Shown: in pieces, positions 63,636 through 64,000 of the stretch
Layout: each line of letters opens with the position of its first letter
Numbering within the stretch: position 1 is the stretch's first letter
Origin: Malacoraja senta
Taxonomy: Eukaryota
NCBI GenBank assembly: GCA_038087875.1
Contig: CM076000.1
Location: forward strand, 1,798,001 to 1,862,000
Reading direction: 5' to 3'
Length of the DNA stretch: 64,000 bases
The notes under the pieces: model-generated
Databases searched by the model: none
Told to the model about the DNA's origin: nothing
Seen by the model: the letters and a program-made list of their open reading frames with translations, nothing else
Made by a program: the position numbers and the translations under genes

Positions 63636-64000
63636 GATATTGGAAACTCGAATGGCTGCAAAAACCTCAAATCATTGTGTCACAACTTCAGATCCATGCC
63701 TTCAACTTTTACCTCAAATGACGTCCCTCTGTGCCATGAAGAGGGAAGATTTTCACACGGTTAGAGAATAGGCTGGTGTCAGCAGGGAGACCAGCCCAAA
63801 AACTGCCACCAATGTAGAAATGTGGTTTTGTTGTTTTTGAGTTGGCATCCATGGTTTATCCTTCGGGGAGAAAATTGGATTGAAGTAATGTGCTATGTGA
63901 CAGAACTAGGATGTGGGTTTATCACCACAATTACCGCAGAGATCTCTTCTTAGTAACTTGCAGATGCTAGGCTCTTCTTTACCAGTAGAGGGTTGGACAC

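Overview
Eukaryotic, repeat-rich DNA. The repeat content (HE1-type V-SINEs, CR1/HER1, Rex1/Babar, L2, Penelope) points to a cartilaginous fish, probably a skate or ray (inference). The whole window appears to be intronic and exonic sequence of a minus-strand MICU2 gene (mitochondrial calcium uptake 2). Three canonical coding exons are visible: 59168-59324, 10407-10438 and 3290-3365. There is also a candidate in-frame 21-nt microexon at 54717-54737. Almost all ORFs in the track are transposon debris or noise. Recognisable elements are: a full-length but dead IR/DR Tc1 transposon; a young Gypsy LTR element with an internal inversion that looks like a reverse-transcription template switch; a Hero-clade RLE non-LTR retrotransposon; a DIRS element with intact ITR/ICR ends but no visible RT; a Harbinger MITE; and Penelope-like fragments. 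There are also many short TSD-flanked modules carrying a minimal hammerhead-ribozyme core, including fold-back copies and a 5 x 45-bp tandem array of that core. All calls were made by eye, without database searches, and repeat boundaries are approximate unless TSDs or TIRs are quoted.
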